A stretch of DNA of 64,000 bases from Candidatus Micrarchaeota archaeon (GTDB lineage: Archaea > Iainarchaeota > Iainarchaeia > JAADDC01): positions 42,202-106,201 of the forward strand of contig JALTXX010000016.1 in assembly GCA_027046625.1 (NCBI GenBank), read 5' to 3'. A program made the position numbers and the translations under genes. Numbering within the stretch: position 1 is the stretch's first letter; each line of letters begins with the position of its first letter. The notes under the pieces are model-generated. The model saw only the letters and a program-made list of their open reading frames with translations. It had not been told where the DNA came from and searched no databases. Positions 26,369 through 36,193 of the stretch are shown here, one piece after another.

Positions 26369-26935
26369 ATGAAGCGCGTCGAACTGCCCCCACTTCCATA
26401 TGACTACAATGCGCTAGAGCCTGTTATCTCCGAGGAGATTATGCGTTTGCATCATGACAAGCACCATGCCTCTTATGTGAAGGGTGCCAACGAAGCTATG
26501 GAGAAACTAAAAAACGGCGAAGGAGACCTGCGAGCAGTTTTAAGGGACTTAACCTTCCACATGAACGGACACGTGCTACACACCATTTTCTGGCACAACA
26601 TGAGACCCCCAGAAGAGGACAATGAACCAAATGGGGAGCTAATGGATGTGATAGAAAGGAACTTTGGTAGCTTTCAGCGCTTCAAAGAATTATTTACCAG
26701 GGCTGCAGTCGGAGTGGAAGGATCTGGCTGGGCGGTACTTGCAGCCAATAAAGACGATTTGTACGTATACCAAGTGGAAAAGCACAACTTAATGCACATA
26801 GCAGGCTTCAAACCACTATTAGTGATAGATGTGTGGGAGCACGCCTACTACCTAGACTACAGAAATGATAGAAAGAGCTACGTTGAACGCTGGTGGCAAG
26901 TGGTCAACTGGGATGATGTAGAGCGCAGACTCTGA
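26369..26935 (+). CDS. sod: Fe/Mn superoxide dismutase
   Basis: LPPLPYDYNALEP, HHDKHH, DVWEHAYY. Confidence 0.97.
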   Translation: MKRVELPPLPYDYNALEPVISEEIMRLHHDKHHASYVKGANEAMEKLKNGEGDLRAVLRDLTFHMNGHVLHTIFWHNMRPPEEDNEPNGELMDVIERNFGSFQRFKELFTRAAVGVEGSGWAVLAANKDDLYVYQVEKHNLMHIAGFKPLLVIDVWEHAYYLDYRNDRKSYVERWWQVVNWDDVERRL

Positions 26936-26970
26936 TTGCCTTTCTCTTCTTTTATATTCATATATTTTTA
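26936..26970 (+). terminator. T-rich tract after sod
   Basis: ttgcctttctcttcttttatattcatatattttt; archaeal oligo-T terminator-like. Confidence 0.4.
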
Positions 26971-26981
26971 CCTAACAAGAG

Positions 26982-27056
26982 CGGACCCGGGGGGATTTGA
27001 ACCCCCGACCTTCGGCTTAGGAGGCCGACGCCCTATCCAGGCTGGGCTACGGGTCC
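26982..27056 (-). tRNA. tRNA-Arg(CCT)
   Basis: GGACCCG...TCGGC-CTCCTAA-GCCGA...CGGGTCC-G. Confidence 0.96.
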
Positions 27057-27089
27057 ACTAATCCATTCTATGAGATAGATTTGTTTAAA

Positions 27090-27536
27090 TCACTTCTTAG
27101 GGAGGGATCCGCTTACTATTGCGTAGGCTTCTGCATAGTCTACTTTCAACCCTAGCCTTCTAAGGGCTCTTCTCATAGTATACGCCTTTAATAGGGCTTT
27201 AAGTGCCTCCTTTTCCTTTTTTGTGACATCCAATCCCTCCACCATTTTGCCTATAATCCTTGAAGCCTTTGTGTTGACAGTTTTTATAGCATTGGCAATG
27301 TTTTCGGGTGTGGCCTTTCCTGTAACCTCCTCAATGACGCTATTTAATTCTCCCATGTCAAAAACCTCACCCAGATAGTGTTCTATTCTTCCCCCCACAG
27401 AGTACTCTATTCCAGATAGAAAAATTAGAATGTTCAGAGGTGTCTGCTCCCGTGGCTTGAGCTTTTTTACTACAATCCAATCATTATCCTTGGCTATAAA
27501 TTGGATGGTGTCTTCCATGTGTACACTAAACCCCAT
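27090..27536 (-). CDS. hypothetical protein
   Basis: ORF fills the gap between the tRNA and trmB; no motif recognised. Confidence 0.5.
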   Translation of the reverse strand: MGFSVHMEDTIQFIAKDNDWIVVKKLKPREQTPLNILIFLSGIEYSVGGRIEHYLGEVFDMGELNSVIEEVTGKATPENIANAIKTVNTKASRIIGKMVEGLDVTKKEKEALKALLKAYTMRRALRRLGLKVDYAEAYAIVSGSLPKK

Positions 27537-27567
27537 AACATTTATCAATTTCACATCAGTTTAATTT

Positions 27568-28197
27568 GTGGAAAGAGAGGCACTAGAAACACTGAGGCTA
27601 GCAGGATTCAATGAATATGAGTCAAGGGTACTCTTTGCACTCCTTAAGCTGGGAGAAGCGGATGTAAAAACCATAACCACATATTCAGGCGTACCTCGTA
27701 CAAAAACTTATGAAGTGCTAAGAGGATTGGTTAGGAAAGGGTTTGTAACCGAGCTTTCCACCCAGCCTATTAGGTTTTCCATCCCGGATCCTGATGGATT
27801 CATAGAGAGGCTAAAACAGGAAAAGAGAAGGGAGGTGGAGAAGCTTCTGAGAGAGTTAACCAACCTTAAGGAGCTTTTACCTGTTTTGGTGGAAGGTTCG
27901 AAGCAGGATGAAAATTACGTTATGAAGTTGGGAAACCCTCAGGATATTATAAAGGTGGTTGAAAAGACAGAACATCCTAGAATAGTGGTGTACACAAGGA
28001 GAAGTGAAGAATTCCTGAAGGGATTGGGCGATGAAGAGATTCAAGGCCCTATAGATATGATACTCACTCCAAGTGAATTGTTTCTACCACTTTCTCCTAT
28101 AGGGGAGCCAAGAAGAGAATATGTAGTAGTGGTTTTTACCAACCCCTACATTATGGAGATGGCAAAACGGTGGGTAGATGAAGTACTATCCAAATGA
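27568..28197 (+). CDS. TrmB-family transcriptional regulator
   Basis: GFNEYESRV...SGVPRTKTYEVL..LV.KGFV winged HTH. Confidence 0.9.
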   Translation: MEREALETLRLAGFNEYESRVLFALLKLGEADVKTITTYSGVPRTKTYEVLRGLVRKGFVTELSTQPIRFSIPDPDGFIERLKQEKRREVEKLLRELTNLKELLPVLVEGSKQDENYVMKLGNPQDIIKVVEKTEHPRIVVYTRRSEEFLKGLGDEEIQGPIDMILTPSELFLPLSPIGEPRREYVVVVFTNPYIMEMAKRWVDEVLSK

Positions 28198-29124
28198 TAG
28201 CCTTATAATCTCCTCTAGGGCCCTGTCAATGTGTTTTTGTTGTGACAGAGTGGAAACAAATGCGTGGGGAGTTAAAACCCCCAGCTCTGACACAATACCA
28301 GTAATATACCTTGGAGGCGTTACATCAAATGCAGGATTCCTTATCTTTGCTCCTGGCAGTTCCTTGGGATCAATCACTTCCTTGGGATCCCGCTCCTCAA
28401 TAGGTTCCTTATATCCTAGAATGGTAGCGGGATCGAACTTGTAGGTAGACGCTGCCACATAGTAGGGTACACCCATCTCCCTTGCAGAAACAGCCATCAG
28501 AGCGGTACCTATCTTGTTTATAACCCTTCCATCCGCTGTAATAACATCCGCTCCTGTCATATAAAGATCCACATCCTTCATGAAGTAGTGTGCAGCGCCA
28601 TCCACTATATACATAACATCCACACCCATCCCCAACAACTCCTTTGCTGTAATCTTTCCTTGGTAGCGTGGACGTGTCTCTGTTACGATAACAGTAAACT
28701 TTTTCTCCTTTGAAGCTTCCTCAAACACCCTCATGAGAGTAGAGGAATGGCAGTGGGTAATAACAGTGTATCCATCCTCTATGAGACGGGCTCCAATTCT
28801 TCCAATTGCAGCATCAACCTCTTTCATATGTTCAGCATAATTTTCAAGGGAACGCTTCAGCTGTCTTATCCTCTCGGGTGGTGGTAGGTCCTTCCCTTTT
28901 CTGAGCTCCCTCAGCACAAATGCCATAGCATCTCTAAGAGCCGGTTCTGTTGGTCTTGTTTTTACCAACACCTTTACAGCATCCACTACCTCCTTTTCCA
29001 CATCCTTCGGTTCATCAAGAAGAAGGGCATAGATGGCGGCCACCGCCCTTTCTGCTATACGTTTAGCTCCTTGAATTTTTAGTTCCTTGATTTGTTTTGC
29101 TGTTTCCTCCACTACAGGATGCAT
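28186..29124 (-). CDS. ribose-1,5-bisphosphate isomerase (eIF-2B-like family)
   Basis: IQGA, RPTEP, THCHSS, ETRPRYQG, GADVI, NKIGT, NPAFDVTP. Confidence 0.88.
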   Translation of the reverse strand: MHPVVEETAKQIKELKIQGAKRIAERAVAAIYALLLDEPKDVEKEVVDAVKVLVKTRPTEPALRDAMAFVLRELRKGKDLPPPERIRQLKRSLENYAEHMKEVDAAIGRIGARLIEDGYTVITHCHSSTLMRVFEEASKEKKFTVIVTETRPRYQGKITAKELLGMGVDVMYIVDGAAHYFMKDVDLYMTGADVITADGRVINKIGTALMAVSAREMGVPYYVAASTYKFDPATILGYKEPIEERDPKEVIDPKELPGAKIRNPAFDVTPPRYITGIVSELGVLTPHAFVSTLSQQKHIDRALEEIIRLSFG

Positions 29125-29170
29125 GGTGTAATAAGGGTTAGGGTTATATTAAGCTAATCCTTCTTTTTAC

Positions 29171-29467
29171 GTGGGACTGAGCAAGAGGCAGCGCATTATA
29201 GAGGTGTTATTAGAAGCAGAATACCCCCTCTCTGTGGATGAAATAGCATACCGAGCTGGCATGGATAGTAAGGATGTGGCATCCCACCTAGATAGAATAG
29301 CAGAAGCTATGAGAGGGAAGGGATATATCATGGAAATAGAACCTGCGAGATGCAAAAAATGTGGTTACGAGTTTGAACCATCCCTAAGGATTCCTAGTAA
29401 GTGCCCCAGATGCCACTCCCAGTGGCTGAGTCCTCCAAGGTTTAGGCTGGTAAAAGCTGGGAAATGA
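29171..29467 (+). CDS. HTH plus Zn-ribbon transcriptional regulator
   Basis: HTH then PARCKKCGYEF...PSKCPRCHS. Confidence 0.85.
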   Translation: MGLSKRQRIIEVLLEAEYPLSVDEIAYRAGMDSKDVASHLDRIAEAMRGKGYIMEIEPARCKKCGYEFEPSLRIPSKCPRCHSQWLSPPRFRLVKAGK

Positions 29468-30536
29468 GGATGAGGAGGAATATAAGAAGGGTTAGATAGG
29501 GAAGGGGATGCTTTCTTCCATGGATTTTTATCATAAGATAGGAGGGTAGTATCCCTCCCACGAACAATAGCCCTAAAGATCCAAAAAGAAGGGATTCATA
29601 GAATCTCAAATGGAGTAAAAACATTAGAAGTGGGGGCAGCACAACGATTATCCAACCTGCAAACCGTCTCCTGATATATTCGGTGACCATGTCCACCGCC
29701 CCCAATGCCACCCCGATAAAGGATGTTAGCATGGTGAGGAGGGGAATAATATATGCCAGCGGTGCATAGAAAGGACCTAATACATTCACCAGTCCAAATA
29801 TGGATATTTCTGGCGTTTCCTCTCTTAGAGTACCTATTACTGCAAGGGAGAACAGGATATATAGAAGGGTTGTAATTACAAAGGAGTGCATAATAGCCTT
29901 AGCTACTAGCTTTCTATCCTTCAGGATAGACACCGCTTCTGGGATAACCAGGTGCATGTAAAATGCAAATACTGAGATGGAAATGGCCGTAAACAACTCT
30001 TTGTATCTCTCGTTGAGAGGGACGTGGTAGGGGATGATGTAAGGGATTAGCCATAATACAGTAAGGAGGAACAACAATCCCATAAGGGTAACAGCCCCAA
30101 ACTCCACCGTAGAGGATAGCCTTAACCCCATTAGCACTACAAAAGATAGTATACCCCACACAATAACACCACTAATGGTAGGATCTACACCAAGCAGATG
30201 TTCTATGGACTGAGAGATTCCGTAAGTGTATGCACTCAACGCCCCATAAACAGAAAAGAGAAGGAGGATGGTAAAGAGAATGCTTCCCTTCTTTCCAAGG
30301 TGATGTTCAAACAACTCGAAAAGATGGAACCGGGGATTGGTTCTATATATTGCATCGAGAAGAAAAAGGGCTGTCAACCCCATAAGAATACCTGCAAGCG
30401 CAATGGCTATACTCCCCCAAAAGAATCCAAGCCCCTTTATTGCATAGGGAAGTCCGAGCACACCTGCGCCAATCTGTGTACCTACAAGCAGAGATACAGC
30501 CCTAAGATAGTCCCTCACCCTATGATGATGGAGCAA
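29442..30536 (-). CDS. amino acid permease (Trp/Tyr, HAAAP-like)
   Basis: GTQIGAGVLGLP, about 11 TMs, TSFIG. Confidence 0.85.
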   Translation of the reverse strand: MLHHHRVRDYLRAVSLLVGTQIGAGVLGLPYAIKGLGFFWGSIAIALAGILMGLTALFLLDAIYRTNPRFHLFELFEHHLGKKGSILFTILLLFSVYGALSAYTYGISQSIEHLLGVDPTISGVIVWGILSFVVLMGLRLSSTVEFGAVTLMGLLFLLTVLWLIPYIIPYHVPLNERYKELFTAISISVFAFYMHLVIPEAVSILKDRKLVAKAIMHSFVITTLLYILFSLAVIGTLREETPEISIFGLVNVLGPFYAPLAYIIPLLTMLTSFIGVALGAVDMVTEYIRRRFAGWIIVVLPPLLMFLLHLRFYESLLFGSLGLLFVGGILPSYLMIKIHGRKHPLPYLTLLIFLLILISQLLPA

Positions 30537-30538
30537 AC

Positions 30539-31243
30539 CTATCTTATACGTGACGGATGAGTAAACACCTTAAGCCCATCAAGATCCAGCTGAAAGAGAG
30601 TGATACCCAATTCTTCTCCAACGGATGCTGCAAGATCCGTAATGCCCTTTGTGGTTCCTAGCAAGGGTATACCTAGATAGGAGGCTCTTATAACAGTCTC
30701 AGGCCTTATAATGGAAGAAGATACGAGGAAGGCATTCTTCAAGTCAAACCTATCCTTTAGCGCTCTTCCTACGGCCTTGTAAAAGGCATTTTCATCCTCT
30801 ATATCAGAAGCTGTAAAAATGTACCCATTTATATCGGAAAGTAGATAGGATGGGAGTTCAAAGAAGGTATCCCCAGCCAGTGTAAGTTTCTCCATAAGTT
30901 TTTCTTCGTCAACAAAGAACGAGCCATTGACTCTGGGGATGTTTATGGTCTCAAGAGGTTCCACACCTCTTTCCCTAAGGTATTCCATGCGAAACTCGAA
31001 GTCTGGCGTGACCTCCACTTCAATGATGTCATCTCTTATGTTTATACGCTCAATGCTGTCAGGATCTTCCACGTAAGCATTAGAGACAAGCCTTCCCATT
31101 ACATACTCCTTTAGAAGAGAAGGTGTTAGTAACACATCAAATGAGAGGACGTTGTTTACATTTATGGTGTAGTATTGTGTTCTTATGGCAGGTATCCAGC
31201 GTTTTCCCTCCCTTGTATAGGCTATAACAGATGTTTTCTCCAT
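30539..31243 (-). CDS. FdhD-like protein lacking catalytic residues
   Basis: TP..LKE...G.L, NA.YKAVG, GIP, TDLA, GITL, VFTHP.RI pattern; contains no Cys. Confidence 0.75.
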   Translation of the reverse strand: MEKTSVIAYTREGKRWIPAIRTQYYTINVNNVLSFDVLLTPSLLKEYVMGRLVSNAYVEDPDSIERINIRDDIIEVEVTPDFEFRMEYLRERGVEPLETINIPRVNGSFFVDEEKLMEKLTLAGDTFFELPSYLLSDINGYIFTASDIEDENAFYKAVGRALKDRFDLKNAFLVSSSIIRPETVIRASYLGIPLLGTTKGITDLAASVGEELGITLFQLDLDGLKVFTHPSRIR

Positions 31244-31340
31244 GTTCCCTCGCCCCCTAAGAGGATGGGAGGGTTAGGTATTTAAGGGTGGGAAGTTCAG
31301 ATGTTTAACGAATACATAACATGTGGTTAGAGGTGTTAGC

Positions 31341-31940
31341 ATGAGGGTGTTATCATTCTCTGATTTGCACAATGATGTAGAAAGATTTATGCTGCTTATG
31401 GAGAGCAACGCAGATCTGTACATTGGTGCCGGAGACCTAGTATCCGGGAATAGAGACCTTCTAAACACCATGCTAAGAGAGGTTGGCAATAAACCCTTCC
31501 TAATGGTGCCAGGAAACAACGAACTCCCCTCCTGGATTCCTGCACACTATAACCTCCATGGGAAGATGGTAGAGATGGAAGGGATACGCTTTGGAGGGCT
31601 TGGAGGATCCCCCATAACACCCTTTGAAACTATCTTTGAATGGGAAGAGGACTATGCCTTCAAGGTTTTAGAGGAGATGGGTTATGTGGATGTACTAGTC
31701 TCACATACTCCTCCATGGGGTTCAAAGCTATCTCTCACAAGGATGGGCAAGGATATAGGAAGCGAGGCAGTAAGGTGGTACGTGGACGAGTTTCGTCCGC
31801 GTGTAGTAATAGCGGGCCACGTACATGAACGTGCAGGTATGGAAGATAGAATGGGGAGAACGTTGATGTTCAACCCAGGAAGGATAGGAGCTATTCTTTC
31901 CATTAATCCAGACGGATCATCACATATTTCCTGGTTATAG
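31341..31940 (+). CDS. calcineurin-like metallophosphoesterase
   Basis: SDLH, AGDL, PGNNE, SHTPP, GHVHE. Confidence 0.9.
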   Translation: MRVLSFSDLHNDVERFMLLMESNADLYIGAGDLVSGNRDLLNTMLREVGNKPFLMVPGNNELPSWIPAHYNLHGKMVEMEGIRFGGLGGSPITPFETIFEWEEDYAFKVLEEMGYVDVLVSHTPPWGSKLSLTRMGKDIGSEAVRWYVDEFRPRVVIAGHVHERAGMEDRMGRTLMFNPGRIGAILSINPDGSSHISWL

Positions 31941-32553
31941 GCTTCCCATCCTTCTCTCCAACGTGAGAAAAGGAGAATTTCACCTCATCTGCCAATGATT
32001 TGAACCTTTTCCCTACCCTATCGGCCACCTTCTTTGACCCAATGTAGATATCTATACCCCCCTTCACCTGTTTCTCCCCTGTTATAAAAGCCTTTGGATC
32101 CTTCTCCCTTTCAATTACATTTAAAACTTTCCTGTACAACTCTCTCCACCTGTTTCCCCTTAGCTGTATAACAGCTTCATAGTATCCCCCATACCTTCTT
32201 GCACAGTAGGGACATTGTTCATATTTCTTCTTTAGCTTAAGGGTCTCCGTGTGCTGAAACCCTCTCCCTTGAAGGGATGCATAAACAAGGAAGTGATCCT
32301 CTTCTTCCTTTATGGAAAGGTTTAGCTGAGCCACATCAATGTCTGGATGAACTTTTAGATGTCTCCTTACCCAGGAGAGTATCTTAGGCAGGCTGAACTC
32401 CTCCCACCTACCAACATATATTCTACCACAGGTGGGACACACCTTTAGCTCATTCTTAAAGGAAAGGGCACTATATTCTTTGAAAAAACAGGACGGACAC
32501 AACCCCCTTATGGTTACGGAGGTTTCCCTTCCGCACACAGGGCAGAGTGGCAT
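31903..32553 (-). CDS. nmd3: NMD3-family ribosome biogenesis protein
   Basis: Four CxxC pairs and YYEAVIQLRG. Confidence 0.88.
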   Translation of the reverse strand: MPLCPVCGRETSVTIRGLCPSCFFKEYSALSFKNELKVCPTCGRIYVGRWEEFSLPKILSWVRRHLKVHPDIDVAQLNLSIKEEEDHFLVYASLQGRGFQHTETLKLKKKYEQCPYCARRYGGYYEAVIQLRGNRWRELYRKVLNVIEREKDPKAFITGEKQVKGGIDIYIGSKKVADRVGKRFKSLADEVKFSFSHVGEKDGKPITRKYVMIRLD

Positions 32554-32586
32554 GGATTAAATATTGTTGGGGAAAGATTATATGGG

Positions 32587-32639
32587 CGATGATGAAAACG
32601 GGTGAAACTGTACCATGATGATACCACTCTGTACTGAGC
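32587..32639 (+). ncRNA. C/D-box guide sRNA
   Basis: C ATGATGA (32589), 12-nt guide, D' CTGT, C' ATGATGA (32615), 12-nt guide, D CTGA (32634). Confidence 0.75.
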
Positions 32640-33085
32640 ACATCCCATGTTGGATTATTGCCTCTATCTTACCAGGACTAGAAAATAGGATTGGAATACC
32701 CCTAGCTATAATAGGTGGCATACCTATTCACCTTGCAGTTATCCTTTCTTCTCTCCTTTCTGCAATGGCAGGTATTGCTACATTCTACATACTCAAAGTT
32801 CTTGAGGAATTGGGGTTGGCAAGACTGTTACCCATCCACTGGGTGAGGAAACGTTTTGAACCCTATAGGAGGTACGGAAAATTAGCACTGCCACTCTTTG
32901 TGGCCGTTCCTCTACCCGGCAGCGGAGCCTATACAGGAGCTCTGGCAGCATTTCTGGTGGGATTGAATGAAAGAGAAACAGCTGCTGGCCTGTTGTTAGG
33001 AACGCTACTGGCTGGTATTATTGTGGGTGCTCTGGCGGGGGGACTAACGGCTCTAGTTGCCTTGCAAAGCTTACCCTCTCCATGA
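32615..33085 (+). CDS. small multidrug export-like membrane protein (COG2426 type)
   Basis: LPGLENRIGIP, LFVAVPLPGSGAYTG. Confidence 0.8.
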   Translation: MMIPLCTEHIPCWIIASILPGLENRIGIPLAIIGGIPIHLAVILSSLLSAMAGIATFYILKVLEELGLARLLPIHWVRKRFEPYRRYGKLALPLFVAVPLPGSGAYTGALAAFLVGLNERETAAGLLLGTLLAGIIVGALAGGLTALVALQSLPSP

Positions 33086-33662
33086 AGGGAGCAGGATCCC
33101 TTATCAACCCGGGAAGGTATGCATAGTGCATGGGAATGGCTATCGTTGGTTGTATGGTGTGTGCAGCCTCTGCTGCCTCAATAGGATCCATTGTATAGGT
33201 TCCCCCTATAGGAAGTAGTGCAACGGTTACCTTCCCCCTAAGGGAAGACATCTCCGGTATATGGTCTGTATCTCCTGCATGGTATATGGTGACCCTTCCT
33301 AACCTAATGAGATAACCTACATAGTTTTTCTCCCTTGGGTGGTAGGGCTTGTTTATGTTGTAGGCTGGAACAGCCTCTATTCCTATGCCTTTCCACTCAA
33401 CCACACCACCGGGTCTTACAAAGATACCATCTACCTTCCCTTTGCACGCCTCGCTGGCCACTAAGTGTGTATCATCCCTTTTTATCATGGAAATGACCCT
33501 TTCATCACAATGGTCAAAGTGGTCATGAGTAATAAGGATAAGGTCAGCTCTTTTTGGCTGTTCTTCCATGATGTAGGGGTCTATATAGATGGTAAGATCC
33601 TTGTAGCTAATTCTAAAGGTTGCATGACCTATCCACTCAATGTTAACGCCTTCTATCTCCAT
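33018..33662 (-). CDS. metallo-beta-lactamase-fold hydrolase
   Basis: THDHFDH, YHAGDT, PIGG, PMHY. Confidence 0.9.
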   Translation of the reverse strand: MEIEGVNIEWIGHATFRISYKDLTIYIDPYIMEEQPKRADLILITHDHFDHCDERVISMIKRDDTHLVASEACKGKVDGIFVRPGGVVEWKGIGIEAVPAYNINKPYHPREKNYVGYLIRLGRVTIYHAGDTDHIPEMSSLRGKVTVALLPIGGTYTMDPIEAAEAAHTIQPTIAIPMHYAYLPGLIRDPAPFMERVSFARQLEPLVPPPEHPQ

Positions 33663-33669
33663 GGTATCA

Positions 33670-33723
33670 CCTCAGCCGGTTCGCAGCTCATCATCACATC
33701 AGCGGTTGTTCACCTCATCCCCA
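33670..33723 (-). ncRNA. C/D-box guide sRNA, D' guide predicted for 23S Um2552
   Basis: Minus strand GGATGA-ggtgaacaaccg-CTGA-t-GTGATGA-tgagctgcgaaccgg-CTGA, in an intergenic gap. Confidence 0.85.
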
Positions 33724-33775
33724 TTCTAATGATTGCTGCAAGTTACTAAAAAGGTTCTTTGCTATATTTGGAGGT

Positions 33776-34876
33776 ATGGACATAGACCTTCTCAAAAGGC
33801 TGGTAGCCCTAGATACTTCCCAGGGAAAAAACAGAGAAAAAGCAGTAAACATTATCAAAGAAGCTGCAGAGGAAAGAGGTCTGAAACCAAGGGTTGTAGA
33901 GGACGAAAAGGGTATTTTAAACGTGGTTGTAGAGGGTGAGGGGAGGGGAAAGAAGGTATTATTTATCACACATTATGATGTGGTGCCTCCTGGTGATGGG
34001 TGGACTAGAGATCCCTTCTCCCCTTATGTGGAGGGAGATAGATTGTATGGGAGGGGCGCGGCAGATGATAAATCTGCCATTGTGGCAGTACTGGATGCCA
34101 TGGCAGAGGTGGAATCCCCTTCTGTAAAACCCATCCTTGTGGTTGCGGGTGCTGAGGAAACAGGAGAATCAGAACCCTTTATGAGATCCTTAGAAGGAGA
34201 TGTAGCCATTGTGGTGGATGCCTCTCCCCTTCCAACCATAGGAGCGTCCGGAGTGAATAAATGGACTGTGATAGTGAAAGGGAAGCAGGCCCATTCTGGA
34301 TATCCATTCCTAGGAAAGAATGCTCTGTATGATGCAGCAAAGATAGTGTCTTTCGTAGAGTCCTTTCACTCCTTTGCGGAACACTTTCTAAGAGATAAAT
34401 ACCCTGCAGTAGAGCATTATGACAGGATACCGGTACGTGCGGCGGCTACTGTAATTAAAGGAGGTTATGCATGGAATGTTATACCCCAGGAGGTTAGTAT
34501 TGAGATTTCCATAAGAACTACTCCCTCTTGGAACCATGTGGGAGAGCAGTTCACTCAAATGCTGAGGGAGTTTTGTGATAGGGAAGGTATAGAGTGCGAT
34601 ATAAGGGAGGATATTTATATAAACGCTTGGATAAGTGAGGGGGAGCATGTAGAAAATTTTATGAGGATCTACGAAGAGGTAACAGGCAAAAGAATAGAGC
34701 CTGCCATTGAGCTGGGAGGTACGGATGGAGTACACTTTGTGGACAGAATGGGAGTGGTACAGTTTGGCCCCATGCGGCCAGAAAACAATATCCACGGACC
34801 AGACGAGTTTGTGTATTTGAAGGATGTGGAGATGGTAAAGAATGTGGTAAAAGGGGTAATAGAGAAGGGTGTTTAA
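33776..34876 (+). CDS. M20 family metallopeptidase (ArgE/DapE-like)
   Basis: HYDVVP, GRGAADDK, EE, GGTD, HGPDE. Confidence 0.9.
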   Translation: MDIDLLKRLVALDTSQGKNREKAVNIIKEAAEERGLKPRVVEDEKGILNVVVEGEGRGKKVLFITHYDVVPPGDGWTRDPFSPYVEGDRLYGRGAADDKSAIVAVLDAMAEVESPSVKPILVVAGAEETGESEPFMRSLEGDVAIVVDASPLPTIGASGVNKWTVIVKGKQAHSGYPFLGKNALYDAAKIVSFVESFHSFAEHFLRDKYPAVEHYDRIPVRAAATVIKGGYAWNVIPQEVSIEISIRTTPSWNHVGEQFTQMLREFCDREGIECDIREDIYINAWISEGEHVENFMRIYEEVTGKRIEPAIELGGTDGVHFVDRMGVVQFGPMRPENNIHGPDEFVYLKDVEMVKNVVKGVIEKGV

Positions 34877-35415
34877 CCCCCGTAAACCCTAATATATATT
34901 ACTCTTACAGCGTTCCTGTTCTCTATGTTGTTGTCCAGGTCCAAGTTTTGCAGTTCTATGGTGTTGGAGGTAGAAACATTGGTAAAGTACAGATTTCTCA
35001 CTCCACCGTTACCGATTCCTATAGGTTCCGGCACTAGTATAACACTTTTCCTTAGTAGGGCTGCCATCTCTGGGCTGCTCTCTTCAACCTGCTTTAGAAA
35101 CTGGTCTATGGCTGGTGTAATGCCAAAGTCTCCACTCTCTGGGAGTGTTCCGTTTACCTTCACTAGCAATGGGAGGGATCTATCTCCTCCTCCCTCGGTT
35201 ATGAGACTTAGTTCTACCCTCACTTTTTCTGGAACTTTTTCCAGCTCGAAACTAAATCTTTTTACCTCTCCTGGATTTATGAGAACGTCTTTAGCAACCT
35301 CTATATAGGATGGTTTTTCCTCTGCCTCTTGTTTGGGTTGTTGTGGTGTTGAAAACAGCTGAACTGCCAGAAATGCCACCACCAGGAGTAGCACTACTGC
35401 TATGACAACTCTCAT
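34873..35415 (-). CDS. membrane-anchored hypothetical protein
   Basis: N-terminal TM followed by beta-rich domain. Confidence 0.55.
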   Translation of the reverse strand: MRVVIAVVLLLVVAFLAVQLFSTPQQPKQEAEEKPSYIEVAKDVLINPGEVKRFSFELEKVPEKVRVELSLITEGGGDRSLPLLVKVNGTLPESGDFGITPAIDQFLKQVEESSPEMAALLRKSVILVPEPIGIGNGGVRNLYFTNVSTSNTIELQNLDLDNNIENRNAVRVIYIRVYGG

Positions 35416-35456
35416 GATAAAGGATAGGATGAGGTGTTATTTAATGTTAACGATTG

Positions 35457-36149
35457 TTAATCTACCGTAAAGTATATGGCTTTCTTCCCCTTCCCTTTGT
35501 TTTCCTTCTTCAGAAACACGATCTTCCCAATTTCTCCCGTCCTCTTTACGTGAGGTCCCCCGTCAGCCTGTATATCAACACCCGGAATCTCCACAATTCT
35601 CCATTGTTTTATATTAGGAGGCATCCTTCCCGCAAGCTTTACAATCCCTTCAATTTTCAGGGCCTCCTCCCTAGGCAGCCAGTACACCTTTACGGGTAAA
35701 TCCTCTTCCACCACCCGTTGAGCATTCTCAAATACATCTTTTATCATCTCATCCGTGAGTGTGTCCACATTGTACATTTCTTTTGCCTTTTCTGAGGTAA
35801 TATGACCACCGGTAACCAATGCTCCGTACAGTTTATACATGAAGGCCGATATAATGTGAGATGCGGTGTGTAATCTCATCTGGCGGTACCTATTATCCCA
35901 GTCTAAAATACCTCTTACCTCCTCCCCAACCTGAGGTGTACCATCCACTAGGTGGATGATTTTACCCTCTTCCTTCCTTACACCTAGTACTTTGTACTCA
36001 TCTCTTCCTATTAGCACACCTCTATCGCCTTCTAATCCTCCGCTTCTTGGAAAGAAGGCAGTTCTATCTAAAACTACCCCATTCTCTGTTACGTACACCA
36101 CCTTAGCTTTAAACTCTTTTATATAAGGGTCTTCAAGGTATAGTTCCAC
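35457..36149 (-). CDS. alaX: alanyl-tRNA editing protein AlaX-M
   Basis: LYLEDPY, LDRTAFFP, RLHTASH, QADGGPHV. Confidence 0.92.
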   Translation of the reverse strand: MELYLEDPYIKEFKAKVVYVTENGVVLDRTAFFPRSGGLEGDRGVLIGRDEYKVLGVRKEEGKIIHLVDGTPQVGEEVRGILDWDNRYRQMRLHTASHIISAFMYKLYGALVTGGHITSEKAKEMYNVDTLTDEMIKDVFENAQRVVEEDLPVKVYWLPREEALKIEGIVKLAGRMPPNIKQWRIVEIPGVDIQADGGPHVKRTGEIGKIVFLKKENKGKGKKAIYFTVD

Positions 36150-36193
36150 GCCGATTGTTTTGCATAAAAATGTTTATAGGCATAGTTCTTGAT

